Assembly: GCA_963804645.1 (NCBI GenBank)
Contig: CAWDRG010000015.1
Location: 160,001-224,000 of the forward strand
Length of the DNA: 64,000 bases
Reading direction: 5' to 3'
Source: an uncultured Bacillota bacterium
Lineage (GTDB): Bacteria > Sysuimicrobiota > Sysuimicrobiia > Sysuimicrobiales > Segetimicrobiaceae
Positions 29,465 through 43,990 of this stretch are shown here, in pieces. Within the stretch, counting starts at the first letter, position 1. The number at the start of each line of letters is the position of its first letter. The notes beneath the pieces were generated by a model. That model worked only from the letters and a program-made list of their open reading frames with translations. It did no database searches and was not told where the DNA came from. The translations under genes and the position numbers were made by a program.

Positions 29465-30775
29465 ATGGGTACGCGCGAGGTGTGGGGGATCTTACGAGGA
29501 ACGGAACGGGCGCCGGTGCTCGCGGCCGCCGTGGCAATCGTGGTGGTCGGTGCGGCAGCGGTCGCGGGTGGTGCGGTCGCGGCCGAGGGGGTGCGGTCGC
29601 TCGGTTCAATGGCACCCGAGCCGCTCGCGACGAGCGAGCCCGCCGCGAGCGGCGGGTCGGATGCGTTTGGGTCCGTGATGAGTTCGGCCTGGCCCACGCT
29701 GCCCGGCGCCGCCCCGGTGGTGTCCATGTTCTCCCTGACAGCCGTGCCTGCGGTCCAAGCCTTGGGCTCGACGTTCACGTTCGCGCCCCAGGGTGCTACG
29801 CCGGTGGCGAACGTCCCAGAGCCGGCACCCGGGTGGACCAAGACGCCGAGCGTGGGGCAGACCTTCGACGGTGTGACACCCTGGACACCGCTCACGAGAC
29901 TCGTTGCACCCCTGCCCGTGCTATTCGACCAGCCCACCGTCGCCGGGCCGCGAGTGCCGGGCGACGATGGCGGGACCCCGCTGGCGCAGAGCCCTTCCTC
30001 TGGCGACGCGACGGCCACCCCAGACGAGGAGGCGCTCGACGCTAAGCTGGCCACGGAGCTCCAGAACCCTCTCGCTACCCTCATCAGCGTGCCGTTTCAG
30101 CAGAACATCCAGTTCGGCATCGGGCCCGCGAACGCGGGGTCGTAGGATGTGATGAACATCCAGCCGGTCGTCCCCTTCAGCATCAGCCGGGACTGGAACC
30201 TGATCGCACGCATGATCATGCCGGTGGTGTATCAGAACGAGATCTTCCCCGGCGCGGGGAGCCAGTTCGGGATCGGCGATACCACGTTTCAGTTCTTCTT
30301 TTCGCCGAAGGCCCCCACGAAGAGCGGCGTCCTCTGGGGGGTCGGCCCGTCGTTCTTCGTCCCGTCGGGGGCGTATCTCTTGTCCACGAACACGTGGGGA
30401 GCAGGCGTAAGCGCGGTCGTGCTGAAGCAGGTCCCCATGCCGTACATAGGGGGCGGAGTGCTCACCTACGGTACGCTCGTGAGCCAGACGTGGCCGGTCT
30501 CGGGCCCGGCCCCGATCAACATCTTATACGTGCAGCCGTTTGTCGCATATACACTCAAGAACAGCGTCACCTTTAACATTCATGCCGAGGCCCCGTACAA
30601 CTGGACCGAGAATCAGTGGACGGTCCCGTTGGTCGCGTTCGTCGGCAAAGTCTACAATTTCGGGGGGCACCCTGCGCAGATCGCCCTGGGCGTCAAGTAC
30701 TATGCCGTCCGACCCGTCACCGCGCCACAGTGGGGGATCCAACTCTGGGTGACGCTGCTCTTCCCCAAGCAGTAG
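29465..30775 (+). pseudogene. Outer-membrane beta-barrel (neuromedin-U-annotated family) with a long N-terminal leader and an in-frame TAG at 30143-30145
   Basis: LATELQNPLATLISVPFQ...*DVMNIQPVVPFSI..DWNLI..., TLLFPK; both halves are in the same frame. Confidence 0.75.
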
Positions 30776-31007
30776 CTGCCTCGCGGCAGCCGGCGCGCGT
30801 CGGTACCCACGGCCGGCAGAAGTCTTCCGCGCCGCCACGAACTTCGCGGAGGACGTGACCAGTGGTAGTGGACTTTATTGCTACCGCGTGAATACTCGCG
30901 CGCTAGGCTTCATAAGGGAATGCGCGAACCTGGTGAACCGTTAGTACGATCCGCCGCTCGGCGGCAGGGCACGTTCACATATCTTGATTCGTTGTCTCAA
31001 AATGAGA

Positions 31008-32992
31008 GAGCGCCGTGAAAAGGCGCGAGTCCTCTAGCGGGGGAAGGTCCCGCCCGAGGAGTTGTCGGGACGCCTCGGTAGCTACGGAGGCACGGTGATC
31101 TGGCAACGGATCATGGTGAAGCCCTCCGGAAAGGAGTCTGAATAAGTCAGACTCTGCAACCCTGCGGGCTGCAGCGCGTAGCGAGACTCTAAGCAGGCCC
31201 CGAAATAACGGATGCGAGAGCCGACCCGCCTCTCATTCGGGGAAGGCCGTTGCGCTCAGGAGATGAACCCGACGGAGCCCTGAGCGTCTCGCCGGGGTAG
31301 TGGAGGCGGCACGCAGGGAGAGCGAGGACCGCGCAACACGGGAAGTCTCCGGCCAGGACGAGGTCCAGGAGCTTTGGGCTCCTGTTGGGCGGAGATGGCG
31401 GAGAGGCGCGTAGTACCGATGAGTCCGGCGAAAGCCGGCGGAGGGAAGGGGCCTCAGTTCTGAGGTGCTGTCCAATGGAGGCGAGATGATCGGGGATTGG
31501 CGATGAGCCTAGCAACTCCGGAACGGATTCGGATCCTCCAGCGGCGGCTGTACGCCAAGGCGAAGAAGGAGCCACAGTTTCGCTTCTACACCCTGTACGA
31601 CAAGCTCTCTCGGTGGGACATCCTGGAACACGCGTACCACCGGGCGCGGGCGAACGCTGGCGCGCCGGGCGTGGATGGGGTGACCTTCGAGCAGATCGAG
31701 GCGGCCGGGGTGGAGTCGTTCTTGCGGGAGATCCAACGAGAACTTCAGGAGGGGAGTTATCGCGCGGACCCCGTGCGGCGCGTCGAGATTTTGAAAGCGG
31801 ACGGCAAGAGTTTGCGTCCGTTAGGTATACCGACGATCCGGACGCGGGTCATCCAGACGGCGGCGCTTCTCGTGCTCGGTCCAATTTTCGAAGCCGATCT
31901 CCCAGACAATGCTTGGGGTTACCGCCCCAAGCGGTCGGCACTGGGAGCAGTCAAGCAGGTGCATGCGGACGTCAAGGCGGGATACACGGACGTGGTGGAC
32001 GCCGACCTACGACAGTACTTCGAGACGATCCCGCACGCGGAGCTCATGCGCTGTGTAGCCCGGCGGATCAGCGACGGCAAGGTGCTGGCGTTGATCAAGG
32101 CTTGGTTGCAGGCGCCGGTGGTTGAGCCGGATGACCGCGGACGGCCACGACGAAGTGGCGGGAACCATCGTCATCGCGGGACCCCGCAAGGCGGAGTGAT
32201 CAGTCCGCTGCTCGCTCTGCTATACATGCGCCGGTTTCTGCTGGCATGGCAGCAACGGTATGAGCAGCAGCTCCAGGCTCGCGTGCAAGTCTATGCCGAC
32301 GACTTGGTGATCTTGTGTCGCGGCACGGCCGCAGAGGCTTTGACGGCGACCCGGGATCTCATGCGGCGGATCAAGCTGGAGCTGAACGAGGAGAAGACCC
32401 GGGTGGTAAACGCGCGAAGAGAGAGCTTTGACTTCCTGGGGTACACGTTTGGACCGATGTACAGTCGGAAGAACGGCTGGCGGTACTTGGGTGCAGCGCC
32501 TTCCAAGGCTGGCGTTCGGCGACTGCGACAGGATGTCCACCGCTATCTGAGTCCGCACAATCAGAGTCCGATGGACGAGGTGATTACACACCTCAATCGG
32601 CTGCTCGTAGGCTGGCAGCATTTCTTCAGCTACGGGACAGTGACCAAGACGTACCGGCAAGTTGACCGGTACGTGACGGATCGGCTCCGACGATTCCTTG
32701 TGCGACGGCATAAGATCAGTGGCCGGGGCACCCGACAGTTTCCGAACCGACGCCTGTACCGGGAGTGCGGTCTGCACCCGCTCACGCCGTCGAGCGTGTG
32801 GTAATTTCGTGAGCCTGGTGTGAACTCAGTCCGAGAGCCGGATGCGGCAACTCCGCACGTCCGGTTCGATGAGAAGGGATCAGAAACGTGTGCGACCGGA
32901 ACACGGCATGGGCTTGCAGGCCACCGACGGAGGTGGATAGGGCTGAATTGCCTGACGGACGAGCCGCACGGCGCGCTGATCCCTTACTCTAC
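31008..32992 (+). mobile_element. Group II intron with RT/maturase (5' boundary tentative)
   Basis: Domain V GAGCCGGATGCGGCAACTCCGCACGTCCGGTTC at ~32835; domain VI ends CTCTAC at 32992; long structured 5' region. Confidence 0.9.
31497..32804 (+). CDS. ltrA: Group II intron reverse transcriptase/maturase, no endonuclease domain
   Basis: [36 protein letters not shown] domain. Confidence 0.95.
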   Translation: MAMSLATPERIRILQRRLYAKAKKEPQFRFYTLYDKLSRWDILEHAYHRARANAGAPGVDGVTFEQIEAAGVESFLREIQRELQEGSYRADPVRRVEILKADGKSLRPLGIPTIRTRVIQTAALLVLGPIFEADLPDNAWGYRPKRSALGAVKQVHADVKAGYTDVVDADLRQYFETIPHAELMRCVARRISDGKVLALIKAWLQAPVVEPDDRGRPRRSGGNHRHRGTPQGGVISPLLALLYMRRFLLAWQQRYEQQLQARVQVYADDLVILCRGTAAEALTATRDLMRRIKLELNEEKTRVVNARRESFDFLGYTFGPMYSRKNGWRYLGAAPSKAGVRRLRQDVHRYLSPHNQSPMDEVITHLNRLLVGWQHFFSYGTVTKTYRQVDRYVTDRLRRFLVRRHKISGRGTRQFPNRRLYRECGLHPLTPSSVW

Positions 32993-33215
32993 CGGTCATT
33001 CAACGGCCGGTTGCGGACGCGGCGATTGAGCGGATGGGTTGGAATAGTCGCCATGCAGGGGAAGGGGGCCGCGCGTCCACACATGGTGCGGCCCTTTTAG
33101 TCCGTCTTCGAGGAGGCCTACACGGCGAGTGTGCCTTCGGGTGTCCGGACTGACCCGACGACCGATGCCGCGACACGGACCGTGCTAGACCAGGATAACG
33201 CGGGTATCGGACGAA

Positions 33216-35932
33216 ATGAGTTCCGGGACGATGGTGCCCCGCGACGATATTGTGAGCACAAAGCTGCGCATCCCGCACGTCCGGCCACACCTCGTGCACC
33301 GGGAGCGATTGATCGCGCGGCTTGAGGCCGGTCGTGATGGTCTTCTCACGCTGGTTTGCGCCCCGGCTGGCTTCGGGAAGACCACCCTGATTGTCGACTG
33401 GCTTCGATCGAGGGCAGTGGACGCGCAGGTCCAGATCCCCGTTGCGTGGCTCTCTCTCGACGAAAGCGATAACGATCCGATCCAGTTCATCCGTCTCCTT
33501 ACCGCCGCAGTCGACAACGCCATCCCGGGGATAGGGAAGACAATCTTGGCAATGACCCAGTCGCCCCAGCCGCCGCGGTTAGAAACGCTACTCACCATCC
33601 TCATCAACGAGCTCGTGGCGGTTCAGCAGAGGGTCATCCTGGTGCTGGAAGACTACCATGTCATCCGGCAAACGTCCGTTCAGGCGGCCGTCGCGTTCCT
33701 GCTCGAGCATCTGCCACAGGCTCTCCACATGGTCATCGCGACCCGCGAGGATCCGCCGTTTCCACTCACCCAACTGCGGGCCCGCGGAGCTCTGTGCGAG
33801 GTGCGGGCGGGCGACCTCCGTTTCACGATCGGGGAGACTGCCGCGTTTCTCCGAGATGTGATGGGACTTTCGGTGTCCGCTCAGGATGCGGCCGCCCTTC
33901 GGGCGCGGATGGAGGGATGGATCGTCGGGCTGCAGTTGGCCAGCCTCTCGGTCCAGGGAAATGTGGCCGGCTTCATCGCGGCCGTCGAAGGTTCCGATCG
34001 CAACATCCTCGATTATCTGCGTGAGGAGGTGCTCGCGCACCAGCGGCCCGCGGTCCACGACTTTCTGTTGCGTACGGCCGTGCTCGATCGCTTGACTGGT
34101 CCTCTTTGCGACGCGATTCTCGGAAATCAGCAACCGGGCGCTTCCCAGGGGCTGCTCGAGGAGATCGAGCGCCGCAACCTCTTTCTTGTCTCGCTCGATG
34201 CGGACCGACTGTGGTATCGTTATCACCCCCTATTTGCCAATCTCCTGTATCTGCAGCTTCGGTACACGCAGCCGACCGTCATCCCTGAACTGCACCGGCG
34301 CGCGAGTGTGTGGTTTGAGGAGCAAGAGATGATGGGCCAGGCGATCCGGCACGCCCTGGCGGCGGCCGACTTTGACCGCGCAGCTCGTCTCATTACGCGC
34401 GAGGGCGTGCACGCGATTACACGCGGTGAGGTCCATACGGTGCTGGGCTGGTTCGAGGCCCTTCCCGCTGACCGGGCGCGAACACAACCGCTGCTCGGCA
34501 CCGTGCATGCGATCGCGTTGGTCATTGCCAATCAACTCGAACGCGCCGAAGCTCGTCTTCGGGATGCGGAGCGCCACCTCCCCTTCGATGCCCTCCCGGC
34601 GGAGGCGGAGCTCGTGCGGGGACGCGTCGCGCTGTTCCGTTCGATTATTGGCGTCACCACCGGCAATCTTGCGGGGAACGCGATGCTCGCGACCGAGGCG
34701 CTGCGCCTCCTGCCGGAAGACGATCTCTGGGGCCGGTCCACGGCACAGACGCTCGCTGCCCTCGCGTTCAGAGCGAGCGGGGATGCCTCGATCGACGCCG
34801 AGCATACGGTCGCCGAGGCGGTGCGGCACGTCAGGCTCAACGGCATCCCGGTCCTCATGCGCGTGAGCCTCGGGGCGCTGGGGCTGTTGTACATGAGCCA
34901 GGGGCGGCTTCGACGAGCGGCGGCACAGTTCGCTGAGGCGGTGCAAGTGTTGGACGCCGGACTTCCTCTCGGCTTCCCACTGCCCGCCTTCGGCTACGGA
35001 GAACTCCTTGCGGGAGTGGAACGAACTCGACCAAGCCGAGCTCTTCCTGACTCAAGGCATTGCGGCGCTCACGGACAGCAACCTCTTTGACGCGTATGCC
35101 GCGGCGAACGGGTACATCTCTCTCGCTTATCTGTGGCAGGCGCGCGGCGATGCCGGTCGTGCCATCGCGACGCTCGACGCGTTCACTGTTTTGACGAAGC
35201 AGCGAGAGATGGGCGGCGGTCGCGCCTCGAGTGGCCGCCGCTCGAGCGCATCTCTGGTTGATGCAGGGCAACCTCGCGGCGGCGACCCGTTGGGCGAACT
35301 CGAGTGGCGTCGATCTGGAGGAGTCCGTCAGTTTCCTCCGGGAACCGGAGTACTTCATCGTGGCACGTGTAATGATCGCGAAGAAGAACCGTGCCGTACT
35401 CGCGTTGCTCGATCGGCTCTTGCAGGACGCCGAAAGCCGTGGCCGGATGGGGAGCGCGATTCGGATCCTAGTCCTTCGCGCCCTGGGTCTTCAGGCGCTT
35501 GCGGACCCCGCCGGCGCCCTCCACGCTCTCGAGAAGGCGCTCGCCCTCGGCGCCCCTGAGGGCTACGTGCGCGTGTTCGTCGATGAGGGTGCCCCGATGG
35601 CCAAGTTGCTGCGCCGCGCGCGCGTCGGGGGGATCGTACCGGACCACGCCGCTCGACTGCTCGGTGTGTTTCGAGGCCCGGCGGCGGATGTCTCGACGGG
35701 GAGCGCTCCGCATCAACCGGGGGGCCCGGGCGCGTTCGCAGAACCGCTCACGGATCGCGAGCGCGAGATCCTGCGGCTCATTGTGGCGGGGGCGTCGAAC
35801 CGGGAGATCGCTCGGAGGTTAGTCGTCACGACAAATACCGTGAAAGTACACGTGTATCATCTCTTCGGAAAATTGGACGTCAAGAGCCGCACACAGGCGG
35901 TGATTAAGGCAAAGGAACTCGGGCTCGACTAG
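33216..35932 (+). CDS. MalT-like LuxR (AAA-TPR-HTH) regulator, frameshifts near 35010 and 35210
   Basis: TKLRIP, APAGFGKTT, LVLEDYH, EGWIVGLQLA, YRYHPLF; C-terminal LTDREREIL...SNREIA...TVKVH. Confidence 0.9.
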
Positions 35933-36018
35933 CTGTCTCGTCGTTTTTTCCCGCCAGAATATTAGCCCCGCGTACTACTTAAGTAGGGCGAAGCCGATTG
36001 CCCGGATGCGCTAGGATT
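35889..36018 (+). promoter_or_regulatory. Source copy of the module: regulator 3' end, palindrome CTACTTAAGTAG (35975-35986), -10-like TAGGAT
   Basis: Perfect 12-bp palindrome directly downstream of the LuxR gene. Confidence 0.7.
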
Positions 36019-36092
36019 ACGGCGTGCGAACGGTCGCGGCCGCAGCGCAAGAGCTAAGATCGCCGCCAGTCGCCGTTTCGCATCCCGCGCCA

Positions 36093-36220
36093 AGGTGGTC
36101 AAGGGCGGCTTGCACTTGTGCGCGCCCAACTACCGCCTGCGCTATCGCCCGGCGACGCGGCAGCCGCAGACGATTGATGCCGGGATGAGCCACATCGGGT
36201 TCTGCTGCGTCGCCCGCACC
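36093..36220 (+). pseudogene. Formylglycine-generating enzyme C-terminal remnant
   Basis: VVKGGLHLCAPNYRLRYRPATRQ...SHIGFCCV versus family motif KGGSHLCAPNYC.RYRPAAR...HIGFRC. Confidence 0.7.
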
Positions 36221-36397
36221 GGCGGGACCGGGACCCGGGATGCAGGTAAAGACCAGGATCCGGTTCGTCATCACCGTGACGGGGACCGGCGGCGGTTTCC
36301 GGTCGGGCGATCACTTCAGCGCAGGGAGGTGGGATTACAAAGTCATCAGATGGTCGCTACGGTACGCCTAAATCGTAGAGAGAAGGATGGTGGTGGA

Positions 36398-37018
36398 ATG
36401 TCCAGCATGCTTCGGATGTCCAAAGTGGCGGTGCTTGTTGCCGTGGCGCTCGTTGTGGGGATGCTTCCGCTTCAGCTCAACGCGCAGTCGATGCCGACGA
36501 CGATGGCGACGCTCCCAGCAAATCCGCCGACATGGTACCACGGGGACACATGGACCTGGACGGGCCCCCAGGGGGGCATGATGGCCATGATGGTAGAGAG
36601 CGCCGCGACCGATGGGTCATACACGATCTCCGGCATGGGCGCCGGTGTGCGGCCCAACATGGAGTGGGGTGCCCTCTTTCAGAAGCAGCAGGTCGGCAAC
36701 TTCTTGTTCCTGGACTGGCCCCTGACCGCCAACAAGAAGTGGACGGATCAGGGTACCAGGTTCGATTACGTGTGGCGAGTCGGCCCGGTGCAGTCGGTGA
36801 CGGTGCCGGCCGGTACGTTCTCAGCCGTGGAGCTCCTGTGTTCGGTTCTGACGAAGCCGGCTGGGAACCCGCCGGTACAGCAGCAGGCGGGCACAGGGTT
36901 TGCCTGGTACGCGCCGTCGGCAAAGACCATCGTGAAGCTCCAGTTCGGACCGGAGGCCTCGTGGCCGGCCGGGGTCCGAAACAAGTCGGTCGTGTTGACG
37001 AAGTACACGATTCACTAA
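36398..37018 (+). CDS. Secreted hypothetical protein
   Basis: Signal peptide; PTW..GDTW, WPL...KKW, VTVPAGTF, WYAP motifs. Confidence 0.75.
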   Translation: MSSMLRMSKVAVLVAVALVVGMLPLQLNAQSMPTTMATLPANPPTWYHGDTWTWTGPQGGMMAMMVESAATDGSYTISGMGAGVRPNMEWGALFQKQQVGNFLFLDWPLTANKKWTDQGTRFDYVWRVGPVQSVTVPAGTFSAVELLCSVLTKPAGNPPVQQQAGTGFAWYAPSAKTIVKLQFGPEASWPAGVRNKSVVLTKYTIH

Positions 37019-37304
37019 ATCGAGCTTTGTTGGGGGAGGCATTATCGTGGCTACCGGTTCGGCGAGTGGGCCGTGTGCGTGTGCGTGCTCAACTCCATGG
37101 TGCTGGCGAGTGCTTCCCCCACGTCGCGGCGGCAACAGGTCATTGATACGCGGGGACCACGTAGATGCGCCGGAGCGCTGATTGGGAGACCCATGAATGC
37201 AGAGTGCGCCGTTATACTTGCAGCGAAAGCTGGCGAAGACGACGGAACTCATGAGGATCAGCTGCCAACTTCTCACGATAAGCAGTTCAATGACTAAGGA
37301 GAGC

Positions 37305-38090
37305 ATGATGCTACTCGAAAGCAAATCAGCCATCGTCACCGGCGCGGCCGGCGGAATCGGCAAAGCGATTGCGGAGGTGTTTGCCCGCGAAGGCGCCAAG
37401 GTCGCAATCGCCGACCTCAACAAACAAGGAGCCGACGCGACCGCGAAAGAGTTCTGCGCGAAGGGCGGGGTTGCACTCGCAGTAGCCATGGACGTCACTG
37501 ACGAGCAAGCCGTGAACAAGGGCGTGGCTACCGTTGTTTCCGCGTTCGGCGGAGTCGATATCCTCGTCAGCAACGCCGGTATTCAGATCGTCCATCCCAT
37601 CGAAGAGTTTAGTTACGCCGAGTGGAAGACGATGATGGCCATCCACCTCGATGGCGCGTTCTTGACCACGCGGGCCTGTATTCCGCACATGTACAAGTCT
37701 GGCCGGGGTGGCAGCATCATCTACATGGGTTCGGTCCACTCTAAGTTAGCCTCAGTACTGAAAGCGCCTTACGTGACTGCGAAGCATGGCCTCCTGGGGC
37801 TTGCCAGGACGATTGCCAAGGAGGGCGCGGAACATGGCGTGCGCACCAATGTGATCTGCCCCGGCTTCGTGCGCACGCAGCTGGTCGAGAAGCAAATTCC
37901 AGAGCAGGCGGAAACGCTGGGCATTTCCGAAGAGGACGTCATCAAGAAGGTTATGCTCAAGGACACGGTCGATGGCGAATTCACTACGTTAGCGGACGTT
38001 GCCGCAGCGGCTTTGTTCTTCGCCGCTTTCCCCACCAATGCGTTGACTGGTCAATCGCTGGTCGTCAGCCACGGCTGGTTCATGGAGTAG
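37305..38090 (+). CDS. bdhA: 3-hydroxybutyrate dehydrogenase (SDR)
   Basis: [39 protein letters not shown]. Confidence 0.92.
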   Translation: MMLLESKSAIVTGAAGGIGKAIAEVFAREGAKVAIADLNKQGADATAKEFCAKGGVALAVAMDVTDEQAVNKGVATVVSAFGGVDILVSNAGIQIVHPIEEFSYAEWKTMMAIHLDGAFLTTRACIPHMYKSGRGGSIIYMGSVHSKLASVLKAPYVTAKHGLLGLARTIAKEGAEHGVRTNVICPGFVRTQLVEKQIPEQAETLGISEEDVIKKVMLKDTVDGEFTTLADVAAAALFFAAFPTNALTGQSLVVSHGWFME

Positions 38091-38204
38091 AGTTTCCGCG
38101 TCTCGGCAGACCGGCTCAGAGAACCATCTTTTCACTCACGGATCGGGGTGTGCTCAGGTGGTAAGTTAGACGGCGGCGAGAGACAGCAGGGTGAAGGAGG
38201 AGCG

Positions 38205-38948
38205 ATGCAGCCGGTTGGAAGAGCGCTGGATGTGGCTCTGATCATCATGCAGAGCGGCGGCTCGACCGTCATGGCGGAGCGCACGTTCCAGAACATCCTC
38301 AGGGGATACGGTGCGGAAGGAATTTCCGCAGCGTGGCGGCTGGATGTCGTCACCGCATTCGGGGTGGCGGAAGGCCGGTCTTCGACGGTGCTGCGGCAGG
38401 TTGGCCCCATCGGCATCAACCTCGTGCGCGCGTCCAATGCAGCGGTCCTTGGCGAGCAGGTGGCACAGGGAACGATCGATGTCGCGCAACTCGATGCCGA
38501 GATCGCCCGCGTCAAGGCGCTCGCGCCTCCCTACGGCCGCTGGGCAACAATCGCCGCGGCTGCTCTCACGGCCGCGTTCTTTGCCCGGCTTCTCGGAGGT
38601 GATTGGCGGGCAGCCGGCATCGTCCTTGTGGCTGCGGGCATTGGACAGTTCTTTCGCTCTCCGCTGCAGGCCCTAAAAGTCTCAGGCGCTAACGCGACCC
38701 TCATTTGTGCCCTGATCTCGACGTGCGTCGCCGCTTTGGGGATACGGTTGGGTGTCAGCCATGTGGTGCCGGCGACACTGATCGCCTCGATTATCTACAT
38801 GGTACCCGGGCTCGCGTTGATCAATGGGTTTGTGGACGTGGTGTCTCAGAAGCATCTGCTTGTGGGATTGGAACGGATCGCAAACGCCGTGTTTTTGTTC
38901 TTGGTTTTGGCGATTGCCATTGCGGTCGCTGACACATTTGTGTTGTAA
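38205..38948 (+). CDS. ThrE-family threonine/serine exporter, N-terminal subunit
   Basis: QSGG.T..AE, IIYMVPGLALINGFVD. Confidence 0.8.
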   Translation: MQPVGRALDVALIIMQSGGSTVMAERTFQNILRGYGAEGISAAWRLDVVTAFGVAEGRSSTVLRQVGPIGINLVRASNAAVLGEQVAQGTIDVAQLDAEIARVKALAPPYGRWATIAAAALTAAFFARLLGGDWRAAGIVLVAAGIGQFFRSPLQALKVSGANATLICALISTCVAALGIRLGVSHVVPATLIASIIYMVPGLALINGFVDVVSQKHLLVGLERIANAVFLFLVLAIAIAVADTFVL

Positions 38949-39042
38949 GTTGCACAGATGACGGAGATGTCATCAAAGTTCCAAGATCGTGGCGGTTGTA
39001 TCAAAGATGTATTCGCAGCCTCGGCTACGGCGGAGGAGATAC

Positions 39043-39528
39043 ATGGACCTATCTGTGATCCTCATCAATAGTTTTTGGTCGGGCCTCGTCGCCGGCGGCG
39101 TGTCGGTTCTTTTCACCGCTCCGCCTCAATTTGTGCCCCTTGCATTAATCGGCGGTTTTGCTGGTCGGTGTGCTCGTGATATTTGTCTGAGTTGGGGACT
39201 GACTCAGAACGTGTCAGTCTTTATTGGAGCGTTAGTGGTTGTCCTAATTGCGGTGGCCGTTGCCCGGCGTCATGTGGTATCCCCCGTCGTCTTGATCGCC
39301 GGCGTCATTCCGCTCGGTGCTGCGGTAGCTATGTTCAACGTGATCATCGGACTCATGAAGATCTCCTCCCTTTCTGGAGAGGCGCAGACTGTGGCATCGG
39401 TTGCGTTGAGTGCCAACGTAGGCACAGTGGTTACCACCACCCTCGCAATTGCTGTAGGACTCGGAATCGGGATGGCTATCGTGCGGTCTTTCCAGCGGGA
39501 CACGGATCAGCCACAAGTGGGTGCATGA
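39043..39528 (+). CDS. ThrE-family exporter, second subunit
   Basis: SVLFTAP, LIAGVIPL, LAIAVGLG. Confidence 0.75.
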   Translation: MDLSVILINSFWSGLVAGGVSVLFTAPPQFVPLALIGGFAGRCARDICLSWGLTQNVSVFIGALVVVLIAVAVARRHVVSPVVLIAGVIPLGAAVAMFNVIIGLMKISSLSGEAQTVASVALSANVGTVVTTTLAIAVGLGIGMAIVRSFQRDTDQPQVGA

Positions 39529-39583
39529 GTCTTTCGAGTCGCTTCTCCAACGGGCCTTCAGTCACTCCGACGCACTATAGCAA

Positions 39584-39733
39584 TTCGGGGTTGGAGTCAA
39601 GAGCCGCACACAGGCGGTGATCACGGCAAAGGAACTCAGGCTCGACGAGCTGCACGGTCGTTTTTCCCCGCAAAAGTGGCCCGGCGTACTACTTAAGTAG
39701 GGCGAAGCCGACCGCCCGGATGCGTTAGGATTG
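39584..39733 (+). repeat. LuxR-3'-end / palindrome / promoter module, copy 3
   Basis: GTCAAGAGCCGCACACAGGCGGTG...CTACTTAAGTAG (39689-39700)...GATGCGTTAGGAT. Confidence 0.85.
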
Positions 39734-39900
39734 CACCGTGGGCACGGTGGAGGCGGCAGAAGTCTCGGACAGAGTATGGCGCCGTTGCGAGCCGGGTGGG
39801 GGCGTTGAAGCATCATGGTGTGGGTTGGGGAGGTTCTTGTGCAGCCCCCGGACCGGCCTCGCCGGACTCACGGCTGGTCGAACGTCAAAGGCGTGGAGTG

Positions 39901-40155
39901 ATGGGTGAGCGGTATCGGCAGGAGCGAGCCTGGTATGTTATCCGCGTGCGCGGAAAGTTGGACCCGGCATCGTCCGCATGGTTTGACGGATTCACCGCCG
40001 TGCACGATTCGGTCGGAGACACCGTTCTCTCCGGTGAGGTGGTTGACCAGGCCGCGTTTTACGGGGCGATCAGTCGTGCACGCGACCTCGGCCTCACGAT
40101 CATCAGCGTCGAACGACTCGGGCACCCTCCAGCGGTTCGTCGGGAAGCGACATGA
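39901..40155 (+). CDS. Small conserved protein of the kind found beside MalT-like regulators
   Basis: [10 protein letters not shown]...AWFDG...[28 protein letters not shown]. Confidence 0.8.
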   Translation: MGERYRQERAWYVIRVRGKLDPASSAWFDGFTAVHDSVGDTVLSGEVVDQAAFYGAISRARDLGLTIISVERLGHPPAVRREAT

Positions 40156-40303
40156 CCTCTCACGTTCGGAGGTCCCCCAGGTGGATCCCGACAGCGACGG
40201 GGGTCCCGTAGCAGAGTGGGTCGGGACTACTCCAGTCGTCTCGTACGCTAGCCGGTTGGCGTTGGGGCAGTGGTTCTCGCGATGCGCCTTGGGGAGGGAG
40301 CTC

Positions 40304-43088
<2,785 letters not shown>

Positions 43089-43270
43089 CATGCGCGAGCG
43101 GCACCATGAGAGCCACACCCGCGTCACGCTGCCGCAGCCGTCCCGAGTGCCGGACCTGGAGGCCGCGGACGACGATCAGGCACGCCCTGGGATTACGGAT
43201 TGCCTCGGCTTACGGCAAAGCAGTACGGCGGCCAAATAATAGCGGTAGTCGCGTGAAGGAGGAGAGATCG

Positions 43271-43831
43271 ATGCTGGTATTAGCGCGCCTTGCCCGAAAC
43301 TGGTGGACGCTCGTGCTACGCGGATTGATCGCGATCATCTTTGGCATTCTCGCGCTCGTGCAACCCGGCATGACCCTTGGGGTCCTGGTGCTGCTGATCG
43401 GGTTGTGGGCCCTCTTCGACGGCATCCTGGCCCTAATCAGTTCGATTGGAGCGGCCCAATCCGGTGAGCCGTGGTGGCCGTTGGTACTGGCCGGGCTATT
43501 GAGCGTGGCGGTGGGACTGCTGGTGCTGCGGTGGCCGGGCATCACCGCGCTGGTGCTCCTCTTCATCATCGCCTACTGGGCGATCTTGACGGGCATCCTC
43601 CAGATCGCCGCCGCGATCCGGCTGCGGCACGAGGTCCAGGGCGACTTCTGGTTCCTCCTCGGCGGGATCGCCTCGGTGGTCTTCGGGATCCTCGTGATCG
43701 GGAATCCGGGCTCGGGCGCGCTTGCCATAATCTGGTTGATCGGCCTGTATGCTTTGATTCTCGGCATCGCGCTCATGCTGGCCGGGTTCCGCCTCAAGGG
43801 CGTGGCGGCGAACCTGCCGGCTGTCCAGTGA
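43271..43831 (+). CDS. HdeD/DUF308 membrane protein
   Basis: NWWTLVLRG..AIIFG, WPGIT, IGLYAL. Confidence 0.88.
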   Translation: MLVLARLARNWWTLVLRGLIAIIFGILALVQPGMTLGVLVLLIGLWALFDGILALISSIGAAQSGEPWWPLVLAGLLSVAVGLLVLRWPGITALVLLFIIAYWAILTGILQIAAAIRLRHEVQGDFWFLLGGIASVVFGILVIGNPGSGALAIIWLIGLYALILGIALMLAGFRLKGVAANLPAVQ

Positions 43832-43990
43832 GTTGCGCGCGGTAGCCGCCGAAGGAAGAGACCACACGCGGGAGGCGTCGAACTGAGTCAGTCGAGCGAT
43901 CTGGGATCGGAGGTCGGTTCTGAGCCTTCTCCGAGGCCCGGGCCAAGGAGTGCCTCCGCCGGGGCGAGCACTCCATCGCAACCCGACACT

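Noticed and set aside
31497..32804. RT as a retron, DGR or defence RT
   Set aside because: It has group II intron domains V and VI and a maturase domain. I saw no template/variable repeat pair or msr-msd.
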